A stretch of 64,000 nucleotides of DNA from an uncultured Verrucomicrobiae bacterium (GTDB lineage: Bacteria > Verrucomicrobiota > Verrucomicrobiia > Chthoniobacterales > UBA10450), in contig CAVWPA010000001.1 in NCBI GenBank assembly GCA_963756875.1, forward strand, positions 384,001-448,000, read 5' to 3'. Under the pieces are notes generated by a model. It saw only the letters and a program-made list of their open reading frames with translations. It searched no databases and was not told the DNA's origin. The translations under genes were made by a program, and so were the position numbers. Numbering within the stretch: position 1 is the stretch's first letter; every line of letters begins with the position of its first letter. Shown here piece after piece: positions 46,735 to 56,938 of the stretch.

Positions 46735-48467
46735 GTGAGGAAGCATCGAACGGGTTCAGGTGGCGGAGCGACCACGGGAAGCGACGTTCGTCCAAAAGGC
46801 GGCGGATCATCCTCTGGAGTTCCATCCTCGCTCTTATCGTGCTTGGCGGATTTGGAGTCAGACCTGTCTATCACTGGCTGAAAGCGAAGAGGGCCGAACA
46901 ATTTGCCACGGCTGCTGACGCGTTCGCCAAGGCGGGTAAATGGAATGATGCCGCGAAGGAGTACCGCGCGGCGCTGCAGATGGATCCATTAGGCTATCAT
47001 GGATTGGAAGGGGCGGCGCGGCTCGGTTCCCGTTTGGATCGCCCCGAAGCCGTCGGTCTTTGGGAACAGGTCGCAAAACTTCCGCAATGCACCGTTCAAG
47101 ATCGTCAGGAGTACGCTACCCTTCTTTTAAAGCTGGGCCGACTAAACGATGCTGAAAAGGTAATCGACGGCCTCTTGAAGGGCACACCGGACGCGAAGAC
47201 ACTTGGGCTGGCGTCTGGGTATGAAAAACAGGCCGGCGACAAGGCGAAGGCGATCGAGTTCGCCCGGCTTGCCATTCAGCATGCGCCAAATGAAGAGCAG
47301 CCGCGTTTTCAACTTGCCGAGTTGCTTGCCCAATCGAAGCACCAGCAAGAGCGGGCTGAGGCATGCGAGGTCCTTTGGAAACTTGCCAAGGAAGAAGGGG
47401 CTTACAAGCGGCCGGCCATCGAAGCACTCGCCCGAGCCCCGGAATTGTCTAACGAGGAGAAGGGCCGCGTGTTGGAAACCCTGGAAGGGTTGGGCTCAAA
47501 GGATGTCACAGACGCGCTGCTGGCGGCCGATTTAAAGATTCAGCTTCATCCGGATGGAGCGGCGCGCATTTACGACGAAATAGTGGATCGCTGGCGAAGC
47601 GGCAAGACCGAGCAATTGGTCGAGGTCGCGCGCTGGCTCAATGCAAATCAACAACCGGAACGGGTGTTCAATTTGTGTTCGATCGATCAGGCGCTGGAAA
47701 ACAATACGCTGCTTCTCTGCTGGCTTGACGCGCTCGCCGGTTTGCAGCGCTGGAATAGCATTGACGATGTGCTGGCGCGGCCTGAGTTGACGCTCGATCC
47801 CTCAGTCGTCGAGAGTTTTAGTGCGCGCACGGCGCAGGAGCGTAATGCGCTTCTCGATGCGGATGTGCATTGGAATCACGCTATTTCGCTCGCCGGCAAC
47901 GATCCGTTTAAACTGCGTTTCGTCGCTAATTTCGCCGAGCTAAGTCATGCTCATGCCGCCGCCGTGAAGGCCTACGAGCAGCTGGCGCGGTTTCCGGAGC
48001 ATGCGCGCCTGGCTTATCGCGGCGTCGAACGAGTGAGCCAAAAGAGTGGCAACGCCCCGACGGAGCGATCCGCTGCCGAAAAAATCGCCAAGTTCGCTCC
48101 GGACGATCCCAATGCCAGGGACCAGCTTGCATATATGAATCTGCTTCTGAGCGAAGACGTGGAAAAGAATCTTACGATTGCAAAGGAGCTGGCTAAAAAA
48201 TATCCGGAACGGCTTTCATTCCGTGTTACCGCGGCCCTCGGTTATCTCCGGCAACACGACCCCGGTTCGGCGCTCGCTCAATTCAAGGCGCCTGTCCCGA
48301 TCGATTGGAAGCGGACGCAACCGTCCTGGCGCGCCGTCTACGCGGCGGTTCTTCTGGCCAACGACCGAAACGACGAAGCCCGTGACCTGATCGAGACCAT
48401 TCCGCTGGATCAGTTAATTCCCCAGGAACGGGCACTGATCGAGCCGCCTCAAGAAGAGGGGCAATAA
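46731..48467 (+). CDS. Membrane-anchored TPR protein of the exosortase operon
   Basis: N-terminal TM, helical TPR-like repeats, overlaps the exosortase stop. Confidence 0.8.
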   Translation: MSEEASNGFRWRSDHGKRRSSKRRRIILWSSILALIVLGGFGVRPVYHWLKAKRAEQFATAADAFAKAGKWNDAAKEYRAALQMDPLGYHGLEGAARLGSRLDRPEAVGLWEQVAKLPQCTVQDRQEYATLLLKLGRLNDAEKVIDGLLKGTPDAKTLGLASGYEKQAGDKAKAIEFARLAIQHAPNEEQPRFQLAELLAQSKHQQERAEACEVLWKLAKEEGAYKRPAIEALARAPELSNEEKGRVLETLEGLGSKDVTDALLAADLKIQLHPDGAARIYDEIVDRWRSGKTEQLVEVARWLNANQQPERVFNLCSIDQALENNTLLLCWLDALAGLQRWNSIDDVLARPELTLDPSVVESFSARTAQERNALLDADVHWNHAISLAGNDPFKLRFVANFAELSHAHAAAVKAYEQLARFPEHARLAYRGVERVSQKSGNAPTERSAAEKIAKFAPDDPNARDQLAYMNLLLSEDVEKNLTIAKELAKKYPERLSFRVTAALGYLRQHDPGSALAQFKAPVPIDWKRTQPSWRAVYAAVLLANDRNDEARDLIETIPLDQLIPQERALIEPPQEEGQ

Positions 48468-48483
48468 GCTGTTGGCTCCGCGC

Positions 48484-48546
48484 TGTCGCGGCAGCCGTGT
48501 CGGCTGCATGACTAGAGTGTTCGCGGGCGACACGCCTGCCGCTACA
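48484..48546. repeat. GTAG-type REP-like element
   Basis: tgtcgcggcag...ctgccgctaca; shares gcagccgtgtcggctgc with the reverse strand of 3019-3081. Confidence 0.8.
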
Positions 48547-48551
48547 GTTTT

Positions 48552-48944
48552 CTACAACAGGCTCGCCCCAAACGGCGCCGGCCCTTTTTTCCAGCGCAAT
48601 TCCGGATGCAGATTGATCTCGTCTGATCGCACATCGAAACCGACCGAGCGCAACAGGTAGGAAACACCTTCGCGGCTGTCCATGGTTTCCTTCAAGCTGC
48701 GCGCAAACAGCTCGATATATTCCTTGTAGGAATCGAGCGACAATTTTCCATCCGCGAAATGTTCGGCCAGCGCCTCGTCGTGGTAGTCGATCAAATCGAC
48801 CAGAGCGCGTTTCAGCGCCAGGCGCACTTTCGGATCGATCACCACCTTGAAGGGCGTGGCGGTCGGATCGGGCTTTGCGAGACTCTGCCGGCCCGCTCCG
48901 CTCTGGTCCGTCGCGACAATCCGAAAATCTTGATCTTGTTCCAT
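48552..48944 (-). CDS. Hypothetical protein
   Basis: Protein-like ORF from ATG 48944. Confidence 0.65.
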   Translation of the reverse strand: MEQDQDFRIVATDQSGAGRQSLAKPDPTATPFKVVIDPKVRLALKRALVDLIDYHDEALAEHFADGKLSLDSYKEYIELFARSLKETMDSREGVSYLLRSVGFDVRSDEINLHPELRWKKGPAPFGASLL

Positions 48945-49147
48945 ACCGATCCTTCCGGCTTCGACCTTAGCAGCGGGTGGGATCGGCTTCCAGCCGATCT
49001 TCTGTGACCCATCTGATTCAACGTGCGCTCTGCTGTAGTAACGGCGCTGCGCCGGTTCGTGAATAGCGATGAAAACGCCCCACGGGAGCCTGGCTAAAAC
49101 ATCTTTGGGACCTGCGTGGCTTGCAAGGTCCCGGCCGGAGGCATGCT

Positions 49148-51232
49148 CTAGAAGAAAATCGGAATAATCAGGATCGCGACGATGTTCACGACCTTGATCA
49201 TCGGATTGATCGCCGGTCCTGCCGTGTCCTTGTAAGGATCGCCCACGGTGTCCCCGGTTACGGCTGCCTGATGCGCGAACGAACCTTTCCCGCCGAGATT
49301 TCCTTCTTCGATAAATTTTTTCGCATTGTCCCACGCACCGCCGCCGCTTGTCATGGCAATGGCGACGAATAAACCGGTGACAATTGTGCCAACGAGAAGT
49401 CCGCCGAGCACGACTGGACCCAGCGGTTTGATCACAGCAACGCCGACCACAAAAACCAGCGGCAATAACGCTGGAATAATCATCTCTCGCAGCGCGGCTT
49501 TAGTAACGATGTCCACGCATGTGCCATACTCCGGCATATCCTGGCCCGTCAGGATTCCCGGCTTGGCTTGTATTTGCCGGCGCACCTCACGTACGACCGC
49601 TCCGGCCGCCTTGCCCACCGCGTCCATGCTGAACGCCGTGAACATGAACGGCAACAATCCGCCGATAAAGAGTCCAATGATCACTTTCGGATCCTGGAGC
49701 GAGAATTGGAAGAATTGGTCGGCGGGGATTTTTCCGGAAGCCACCAGATGTGCGCGCAGTTCCTCGACGTACGATCCGAACAAGACCAGCGCCGCCAATC
49801 CTGCCGAAGCGATCGCATAACCCTTGGTCACGGCTTTCATTGTGTTGCCCACGGCATCGAGCTCATCGGTGACGCGGCGGACTTCCTTGGGCAAATTGCT
49901 CATGACCGCGATGCCACCCGCGTTGTCGGTAATCGGGCCGAACGAATCGAGCGAGATAATGATGCCTGCCATGGACAACATCGCCATCACGGCAATTGCG
50001 ATTCCATAGAGACCGGCAAAATGGAAGCTGAGCAGGATGGCGATACCGATAAAGCCCACTGGCAATGCCGTGGCATGTAGCCCGACAGCCAGCCCGGCAA
50101 TGATGTTGGTCGCGTGGCCCGTCTCGGACGCGCGCGCAATCTTCTGCACCGGCCGATAATGCATCGACGTGTAGTAGTTCGTGATCACCACGATTACCGC
50201 GGTCATGAGCAGGCCGATGATTGAAGCGAGATAAAGTTGAGTAGGCGAACGCAGGGCCCCCCCGATTGTGATGCCTTTTGGAAAGAGAAGGTGAGTTGCC
50301 GGCCAGAAGAGAATCGCCGAGATAAGGCCGCTCGTTCCTACCGCGCCCATGAGCACCGTCACGGGTTTGCCGCCCGCCACACTGACGAATAAGACTCCAC
50401 AGATCGCGCCGAGCACGGAAATGCCGCCTAGCACGAATGGATAAACAATTGCAGCCGGCTCCGTCGCAAGCGTCAGCGCGCCGACCAGAATCGCGCCGAT
50501 CAAGCTGACCGCGTACGTTTCAAACACGTCCGCCGCCATGCCCGCGCAGTCACCGACGTTGTCGCCCACGTTATCGGCAATCGTCGCGGGATTACGGGGA
50601 TCGTCTTCTTCGAGACCCTTCTCAATCTTGCCTACCAGGTCGGCCCCGACGTCGGCCGCCTTGGTATAAATGCCACCGCCGAGTCGGGCGAAGACGCTGA
50701 TCAAGCTCGCGCCCAGCGCGAGGCCAACCAAACTGCGGACGGCCATGTCATGCCCGACCACGCTTGATGCGACCGTGTAGAAAATCGATACCGCGAGCAA
50801 AGCAAGCCCTACCACAAGCAAGCCGGTAACCGCGCCGCCGTTAAACGCGATGCGTAACGCCTCTGTGCGCGCATGGCTTGCGGCCTGTGTGGTGCGTACA
50901 TTCGCGATCACCGCGATGCGCATGCCGATGTAGCCCGCCGAAAGCGAGCAAAACGCGCCGATCAGGAAACCAATGGCCGTGGGATGGTCTTTGAAAAAGA
51001 AAAGCAAAAGAAAAATGATTATGGCGATTGCGCTGATCGTCATCACCTGCCGGTTCAAATAAGCTTTCGCCCCTTCCTGCACCGCGGCGGAAATCTGTTG
51101 CATTCGCTCGTTGCCTGGCGATTTCCGGATCACGGCCCTGATCAGAAAGAGCGCAAACAGCAGACCGATGACGGCGCATACCATCGACAGTGGCACGCCG
51201 GAATTGAGGATCGTTAGGGCAAACAGGGTCAT
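49148..51232 (-). CDS. hppA: Membrane-bound pyrophosphatase, probably K+-independent H+-PPase
   Basis: [43 protein letters not shown]. Confidence 0.96.
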   Translation of the reverse strand: MTLFALTILNSGVPLSMVCAVIGLLFALFLIRAVIRKSPGNERMQQISAAVQEGAKAYLNRQVMTISAIAIIIFLLLFFFKDHPTAIGFLIGAFCSLSAGYIGMRIAVIANVRTTQAASHARTEALRIAFNGGAVTGLLVVGLALLAVSIFYTVASSVVGHDMAVRSLVGLALGASLISVFARLGGGIYTKAADVGADLVGKIEKGLEEDDPRNPATIADNVGDNVGDCAGMAADVFETYAVSLIGAILVGALTLATEPAAIVYPFVLGGISVLGAICGVLFVSVAGGKPVTVLMGAVGTSGLISAILFWPATHLLFPKGITIGGALRSPTQLYLASIIGLLMTAVIVVITNYYTSMHYRPVQKIARASETGHATNIIAGLAVGLHATALPVGFIGIAILLSFHFAGLYGIAIAVMAMLSMAGIIISLDSFGPITDNAGGIAVMSNLPKEVRRVTDELDAVGNTMKAVTKGYAIASAGLAALVLFGSYVEELRAHLVASGKIPADQFFQFSLQDPKVIIGLFIGGLLPFMFTAFSMDAVGKAAGAVVREVRRQIQAKPGILTGQDMPEYGTCVDIVTKAALREMIIPALLPLVFVVGVAVIKPLGPVVLGGLLVGTIVTGLFVAIAMTSGGGAWDNAKKFIEEGNLGGKGSFAHQAAVTGDTVGDPYKDTAGPAINPMIKVVNIVAILIIPIFF

Positions 51233-51332
51233 CCGATGAAGCGCTCGACTTTATGAAGAATTGTGCCGCTGGCAAAGGCTAACTTTACTTGCGCCCGGCA
51301 AAAAATCGCGCAGACGGCGTCTGCCGGGCATT

Positions 51333-51815
51333 TCACTCTTCGCCATCGTAGTAATCGAGCGATTCGGAACGGATGAGCTTTCGTTCCGGCGAGCGCACCA
51401 GCCACTTTTTACTATCCGGGAAGTAACCTGACTCCCCGACCGGATTATCCGCGACCACGTAGATGATAAGATCCTGCGATCCGTCGTTGATCAGCTGATG
51501 GGCTTCACCCGGTCCAAATACAAAGGCATCTCCCGGTTCGATGGGTGTCCTGCCTTCCTCGTGCCGAACGAAGCCTTTGCCTGATATCACATGGTAAAAT
51601 TCCCATTGCGCGCTGTGAGAATGATACGGATAGGGCGTTTTTTCGGGCGAAATACGAAGAATCTCGACATCGAACGGACACTGCCGCCCTTTGGGATCGG
51701 CCAGCGTCCTCTGCTCTTCCAGGGCGATTAGCAATTCTTTCCCGGCGCCGGCGAATTTTCCTTTCGGCGACGACCACGATTCCTCGGCAAGACTGTTGGT
51801 GTTAATTTTTCGCAT
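51333..51815 (-). CDS. Cupin domain protein
   Basis: PYHSH..WEFYHVISG, GEAHQL. Confidence 0.88.
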   Translation of the reverse strand: MRKINTNSLAEESWSSPKGKFAGAGKELLIALEEQRTLADPKGRQCPFDVEILRISPEKTPYPYHSHSAQWEFYHVISGKGFVRHEEGRTPIEPGDAFVFGPGEAHQLINDGSQDLIIYVVADNPVGESGYFPDSKKWLVRSPERKLIRSESLDYYDGEE

Positions 51816-51833
51816 GATTATCCCGCCTGCGAT

Positions 51834-53339
51834 TCACAATTCGAAAAATGTTTTCAGCCGTCGCAAAAATGTGGCGCGATACTCTTTTTCCGTGGCGGCT
51901 TGATTGGCGGTTGGGCTCGCTTCTTCGATTATGCCTTCGGTTTCCATCCTGCGCTTGGCGAGAATTTCACTCAGTTGATTGAGGCAATCGGGCGATTCGC
52001 GAATGATTTCCGCCATCACCGACTTGCCGATTTCCATCACATAGCAATCGGCTTCCGCCCGCACGGTTGCGCTTCGACGCTCGCCGGTAAGCAGCGACAT
52101 TTCGCCGAAGCAATCGCCCGACTGCAATGTGGCCACCTGAATGGGAGTGCCGTTTTTTGAAACGGACACCCGGGCTGCGCCGCGCAACAGGACGAACATC
52201 GACTCGCCTGCGGCGCCCTCTTCTATCACGCGCTCGCCGCGGCCAAAGTGATTCAGATGCGACCGCTTGACCAGACTGTCGATCTGCTCGTCGGATAGGC
52301 AGCTAAAGAGCGATTCGCCGCGCAGAATTTCGCGCGCCTCGGCGTGCTCCTCGGCCAGTTGCGGGCCACCGGGGCGGCGAATGTGCAAAGTGCGAATCGG
52401 GAACGGAATGGTGATCCGTTGCCGTTTCAGTTCGTACCAAACGTTCGTGCGCACGGCGTCTTTGATTTCGTTGATCCGCGCATGGTTGAGCATGTAGAAC
52501 TTGATTTCGTAGATCACTGCGAAGTCGGCGAAATCGACCAGGAAGATTCTGACCGGCGGGTCCTGGATCACGCCTTGTGCGCTGCTGGCCGCGCGAAACA
52601 GAGCATCTTTAACCCGGTTGGGCGGCGCGCCGTATTCGACGCCAACCCGGATGCGCATGGCATGCAGATTGGTCGGGTAATGGAGATTAACGATCGTCTG
52701 GCGGACGATCTCGTTGTTCGGGATGTCGAGATAGATGTTGTCGTTGGTGCGCAGGCGTGTGGAGCGCCAGTTGATTTCCATGACCTCCGCAAAGCGCTCG
52801 CCCACCTGTAACCAGTCGCCCACTCTGTAAGGGCGATTGATCTGGATCGACATGCCGGCAATGATCCCGCCGAGCAGATTTTGTCCGGCCAATCCAAGGA
52901 TAATTGCAGCGACTCCGGAGGTGGCAAGCAGGCCCGTTAACCAGCGTCCGGCATGATAACCGTACCAAAGCACGCTCAATAGAGCGATCAGGAAAATGAG
53001 AAGCGCGACGATTTCGCGAAGAAACTGCGGAATTGGCGTTTGTTTGCGGCGTTCGAAGTAAAGATCCCAGACGTAGCGGTTGGTCAGCGCGACTGCCAGC
53101 GCGGTGCCGAGAAGAATTGCGAGCGCTCCGACATGATTCCGCCATCCGGAGTGAATGCCGTAAGCGGCCAGGGCTGAGTAAAAAGCGAGAGCGAGACAGA
53201 AAAGTTGATATAAGAGTCCAAGGCGCACGCCGGCGCTGCGCTTAAGGAAGCGGCCGATAGCGAGCGCGACGAAAAACGTCGCTAGAAAAACGACGATCGT
53301 AACGGCCGCTTTCTGCGTTTCAAGCAAGGTATGGAACAT
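51834..53339 (-). CDS. MscS channel with C-terminal cNMP-binding domain
   Basis: PYRVGDW, INWRST, FGEMSLLTGERRSATV. Confidence 0.92.
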   Translation of the reverse strand: MFHTLLETQKAAVTIVVFLATFFVALAIGRFLKRSAGVRLGLLYQLFCLALAFYSALAAYGIHSGWRNHVGALAILLGTALAVALTNRYVWDLYFERRKQTPIPQFLREIVALLIFLIALLSVLWYGYHAGRWLTGLLATSGVAAIILGLAGQNLLGGIIAGMSIQINRPYRVGDWLQVGERFAEVMEINWRSTRLRTNDNIYLDIPNNEIVRQTIVNLHYPTNLHAMRIRVGVEYGAPPNRVKDALFRAASSAQGVIQDPPVRIFLVDFADFAVIYEIKFYMLNHARINEIKDAVRTNVWYELKRQRITIPFPIRTLHIRRPGGPQLAEEHAEAREILRGESLFSCLSDEQIDSLVKRSHLNHFGRGERVIEEGAAGESMFVLLRGAARVSVSKNGTPIQVATLQSGDCFGEMSLLTGERRSATVRAEADCYVMEIGKSVMAEIIRESPDCLNQLSEILAKRRMETEGIIEEASPTANQAATEKEYRATFLRRLKTFFEL

Positions 53340-53389
53340 CGCCGTAAGTTTTGGACCATACCAAGGCAGAGCCACTGCGACAAGCAGCC

Positions 53390-53486
53390 TGTAGAGGCCG
53401 CCGTCCCAGGCGGCAGCGTCCGGTCTGCCTTCGCCTGGCTTTGTTTGCCAAGGCGGGGTCTGCCGCCGATGACGGCGGCTTCTACA
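53390..53486. repeat. GTAG-type REP-like element
   Basis: tgtagaggccgccgtc...gacggcggcttctaca. Confidence 0.85.
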
Positions 53487-53527
53487 GACGAAGATTCGGC
53501 GAAAGGGACAGCCCGGCCGACCGCAAA

Positions 53528-54328
53528 CTACTCGCGCTTCTTTTTTGCCAGTTCGTCCAGACGGTGAATGATGTCGCTCAAAAGAAGTTCGTTCTTGAGA
53601 TTAAGTTGATAATCCAAATTCGCGCGCAGCCGATCTTTCTGCGCCTGGCGGTTCTGCGACATCATGATGATAGGTGCCTGCAACGCAGTAATCATGTTAA
53701 GCACAAGATTCAGCAGAATGTAGGGAAACGGATCGAACCCCTTGTTTAGCAACACCCAGGTGTTCAAGATCACCCAAAAATTGAGGAAAACGATCGAGGC
53801 GATGATGAACTTCCAGCTGCCCCCAAACTCGGCGATCAAGTCCGCGGCGCGATCCGCAAAAGTCATTTGCGCGGCTTCTTCCTCGTTGGCATTGCGCGCG
53901 ATTCGGTGCCGCAAAAGATCGTCTGTTCGTCGCAACCGGCGCGTCAAAGCGGTCAACATTTCGACTGTAATGCGCGGATCGCTCTCGATGAAGTGGAGGA
54001 AATCTTCGCGTGTGAGCCTGGCAATACGTGCACTTTCAACAACCGTCGCGTCGGCGGAGCGGCCGCGGCCGTCGAGAATGGCCATTTCACCGAAAAAATC
54101 CCCGGGGCCGAGCTCGGCGAGCGTGACCATGTGACCGTCGGCGTCGGTGATGCTGATTCGCACCTTACCCAGGTCGACGAGGTACATCGCGTCACCAGGA
54201 TCGCCGTTGCGGAAAATGACAGCCGCACCGGGGTAGTCTTGTACCGACAAAAGCTTGCCGAGCTTCATCGCGGCCTCCTGATCGAGCGAGGCGAAAAGCG
54301 GCACTGAGCGGAGCGTGTCAACGTCCAT
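53528..54328 (-). CDS. cNMP-binding + DUF1003 membrane protein
   Basis: FFGEMAILDG..RSA; FGGSW, FDPFPYILLNL, IMMSQNRQ. Confidence 0.9.
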   Translation of the reverse strand: MDVDTLRSVPLFASLDQEAAMKLGKLLSVQDYPGAAVIFRNGDPGDAMYLVDLGKVRISITDADGHMVTLAELGPGDFFGEMAILDGRGRSADATVVESARIARLTREDFLHFIESDPRITVEMLTALTRRLRRTDDLLRHRIARNANEEEAAQMTFADRAADLIAEFGGSWKFIIASIVFLNFWVILNTWVLLNKGFDPFPYILLNLVLNMITALQAPIIMMSQNRQAQKDRLRANLDYQLNLKNELLLSDIIHRLDELAKKKRE

Positions 54329-54427
54329 AGGAATGATCGGCCTGAAGAAAGCGCATTATAAGCAGCAATCAGCCAGCTATGGAAGCAGTGGTTGTAAGGC
54401 GCCGACCTGGCCGCAGCTCCCGGCGGC

Positions 54428-54775
54428 TTATTTGCCGGGCGCGAAAACGAGCCACGCCCAGCCCGCCAGAAAGCAAAGGCCGCCTAACGGCGTGATGGCG
54501 CCAAGCCAGCGCAGGTTTGTCAGGCCCATTACGTACAAGCTTCCGCTGAACAGGATGATTCCGGCAAAGAGCAGCCACCATGGGCCGCGATTGGCCGTTC
54601 CGTAAAGAGCGAGCACCAGCAGCGCGATGGCATGGATGAAATGATAGAGCACGGCTTTGTTCCAAACATCGATCATGCCGTGGCTTTCCAGCATCGGTTT
54701 TAACCAATGCGCGCCGAACGCGCCCAACGCCACCGCCAGAAAGCAAAGTGCAGCTGCGATTCGAACCATGATCAT
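54428..54775 (-). CDS. DUF423 (YgdD/TMEM256) membrane protein
   Basis: GAFGAH, FSGSLY, ITPLGG. Confidence 0.9.
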   Translation of the reverse strand: MIMVRIAAALCFLAVALGAFGAHWLKPMLESHGMIDVWNKAVLYHFIHAIALLVLALYGTANRGPWWLLFAGIILFSGSLYVMGLTNLRWLGAITPLGGLCFLAGWAWLVFAPGK

Positions 54776-56019
54776 TTCAAGCGGAATCTGGAGGTCTTTA
54801 GCTCCTTTTTCAATTCGTCCAGGGACGCTTGCCGGTTCTGACGAGTCACTCTTATATAAAAGATCGTGCCCGCAATTCCGAAGGCCGTTGCGCCGAGAAA
54901 GTTCAGCTCCGGTCCAAGTTGCCAGAGGTAGGCGCCGACGATCGCCCCCAGGCTGACGATCAAATCCCGCACCAGATAATAGGTGCCGACCATTTGACCG
55001 CGCCGATCGACGTCGGAATATCCGACGATCAGGGCCTTGCGCGATGTATCCCCGAACTCTTTAAAGCCCCGAATCATGAATGCAACGACGAGCGCCGCAA
55101 AGCTGCGCGACATCAGCAAGCTGATGGGAAACAGAGTGAACATGATGAATGTGACAATGACGAACGGCTCTCGCCCATATTTATCCGCGAAATGGGATGC
55201 TGGAATAATGCACAAGATGGCCGCGAGCATCTCCACGGCGATAAGAATGCCTACGCGCTCACCGCTCATGCCGATGTAATCCATCGCGAAAATGACGACC
55301 CAGGCGTATGGAATTCGTTCGCAAAATCGGACCAGAATATCGCTGAGAAGCAGCCGCCGCATCGGCGAATCGAACTCGCGCAAGGTCCGCCAAAGATTCC
55401 ACCGCTCGATTTTGTCGCCCTTTTCTTTCGGTTCTTCTTCCAATTTTCGCTGCACGAAAATTGTGGCCGCCGAAAGCAGGATCGAAATGATGAGAGCGAT
55501 CCGCACACCGGGAACGACTCCGAAGCGATCGATCAGTATCCCGCCGAAAATCGGTGCGATCATGATCGGCAGCCGCTTGATCACCGACTGAGTGCCGATG
55601 CCCATGGCATGGCGATCGGTTGCCAGTGTGGCGGCGACCAGCGACAGCGTGGCGGGCAGTGAAAAACTGCTCCAGGAAAGAAACAGGAACATTCCGACGA
55701 TGACCGCGCCCCAATGTGGAATGAGAAGAACCACGGCGTAGCCCGCGATCGATAGCAGATTGAACGCGAGAAACGCGCGGCGATGTCCCCAGAGATCGAC
55801 CAGTACGCCGCCGGGATAAGCGTAAACGGCTCCGAGCAGGGTGCGCAGTCCGTCATAAAGACCAATCACGAAAACGCTCGCGCCGAGTACCTGCAGATAT
55901 TTCGGCACGAAACGCATCCAGAGTTCTTCACCGGCGCCAATTACGAAAATGGCGACGAGCAAAACGACCAGATTGCGCCGGAGCGCAAAGAACTCCGCGA
56001 GTCGTCGAACGCGGTTCAC
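54772..56019 (-). CDS. MFS transporter
   Basis: About 12 TM; GxLxDxxGxR and ADKYGR motifs. Confidence 0.9.
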   Translation of the reverse strand: MNRVRRLAEFFALRRNLVVLLVAIFVIGAGEELWMRFVPKYLQVLGASVFVIGLYDGLRTLLGAVYAYPGGVLVDLWGHRRAFLAFNLLSIAGYAVVLLIPHWGAVIVGMFLFLSWSSFSLPATLSLVAATLATDRHAMGIGTQSVIKRLPIMIAPIFGGILIDRFGVVPGVRIALIISILLSAATIFVQRKLEEEPKEKGDKIERWNLWRTLREFDSPMRRLLLSDILVRFCERIPYAWVVIFAMDYIGMSGERVGILIAVEMLAAILCIIPASHFADKYGREPFVIVTFIMFTLFPISLLMSRSFAALVVAFMIRGFKEFGDTSRKALIVGYSDVDRRGQMVGTYYLVRDLIVSLGAIVGAYLWQLGPELNFLGATAFGIAGTIFYIRVTRQNRQASLDELKKELKTSRFRLK

Positions 56020-56228
56020 ACAAGAGTTTTGCCGGAATCGGCTGGATTATTCAAGCGCAGCCGGATATTGATCTCTGCAAAACGGAATTTGCACAGAAGA
56101 TAACGAAGGAAACAAAGGAGGCGGTTACAAGGCCTCTGCAAAAAGCAGTTCGGCCGGATTCTTTGAGGGCGGGCTGCCGCGGAGAGGGTGGCATCTTACA
56201 GGACGCGCGCGACCCCTGGGCACAAGAA

Positions 56229-56612
56229 TCAGGCCGAGGAATGCAGCGCGATGCGGTTGCCTTCTGAATCGACAACGATCGCCCGAAAACCATGCGGCCC
56301 AATTTGTTGCCTGGCCTGCAGAACTTTCCCGCCGTTGGATTCCGCCGCTCTGACCGCGGTATCCAGCCGGCCTTCGACGGAAAGATAAATGAGCGGCCCG
56401 CTCTGCGACGGCTTGTTGTCTATTCCAGCGCTGTCTCCCCGAACACAAAGGCAACCCGACGAGTTCCGTTCTTCATGCGGCAAAAGCCCGTACTCGACAC
56501 CGTTCTCGGACATTTTGCTTACTTCCGTTCCGAGAACGGCAGAATAAAACGTGATCGCTCGATCCAGATTGATGACGGGAATATCTGTCCAACACAGGGT
56601 ATCCGCACTCAC
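56229..56612 (-). CDS. VOC/glyoxalase family protein
   Basis: RAITFYSAVLG, GGKV, DSEGNRIAL. Confidence 0.9.
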   Translation of the reverse strand: MSADTLCWTDIPVINLDRAITFYSAVLGTEVSKMSENGVEYGLLPHEERNSSGCLCVRGDSAGIDNKPSQSGPLIYLSVEGRLDTAVRAAESNGGKVLQARQQIGPHGFRAIVVDSEGNRIALHSSA

Positions 56613-56647
56613 TTCTTATTCCTGATCCCGATCTTTGCTCGTCGATC

Positions 56648-56836
56648 TCAAATTTCGCGGCGGTGGCCCTCTGAATCGTATTCGTAGGTCTTGCCCGCTT
56701 GTTCGTCTCGCGTGGTTTTATGCGAGCCGTCGCAGAAGGGCTGATTTTTAGAGAGACCGCACATGCAGATCCAGACGGATTTTTCCTGTGGTTTAATTTC
56801 GAACGGTTGCTGATCCGACTTTAAGACTTTGCGCAT
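56648..56836 (-). CDS. CDGSH iron-sulfur domain protein
   Basis: CMCGLSKNQPFCDGSH. Confidence 0.93.
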   Translation of the reverse strand: MRKVLKSDQQPFEIKPQEKSVWICMCGLSKNQPFCDGSHKTTRDEQAGKTYEYDSEGHRREI

Positions 56837-56886
56837 GCACAGACGATAGTGCCGCGGGCCTGCGCCGCAAATTGTGCCGGGATGCT

Positions 56887-56938
56887 GGTGGGGACGCCGC
56901 GCTGCGGCGTCCGGACATCGCAGCGCGATGTCCCTACC
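56887..56938. repeat. REP-like element supplying the stop codon of the peptidase gene
   Basis: ggtggggac...gtccctacc. Confidence 0.75.
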
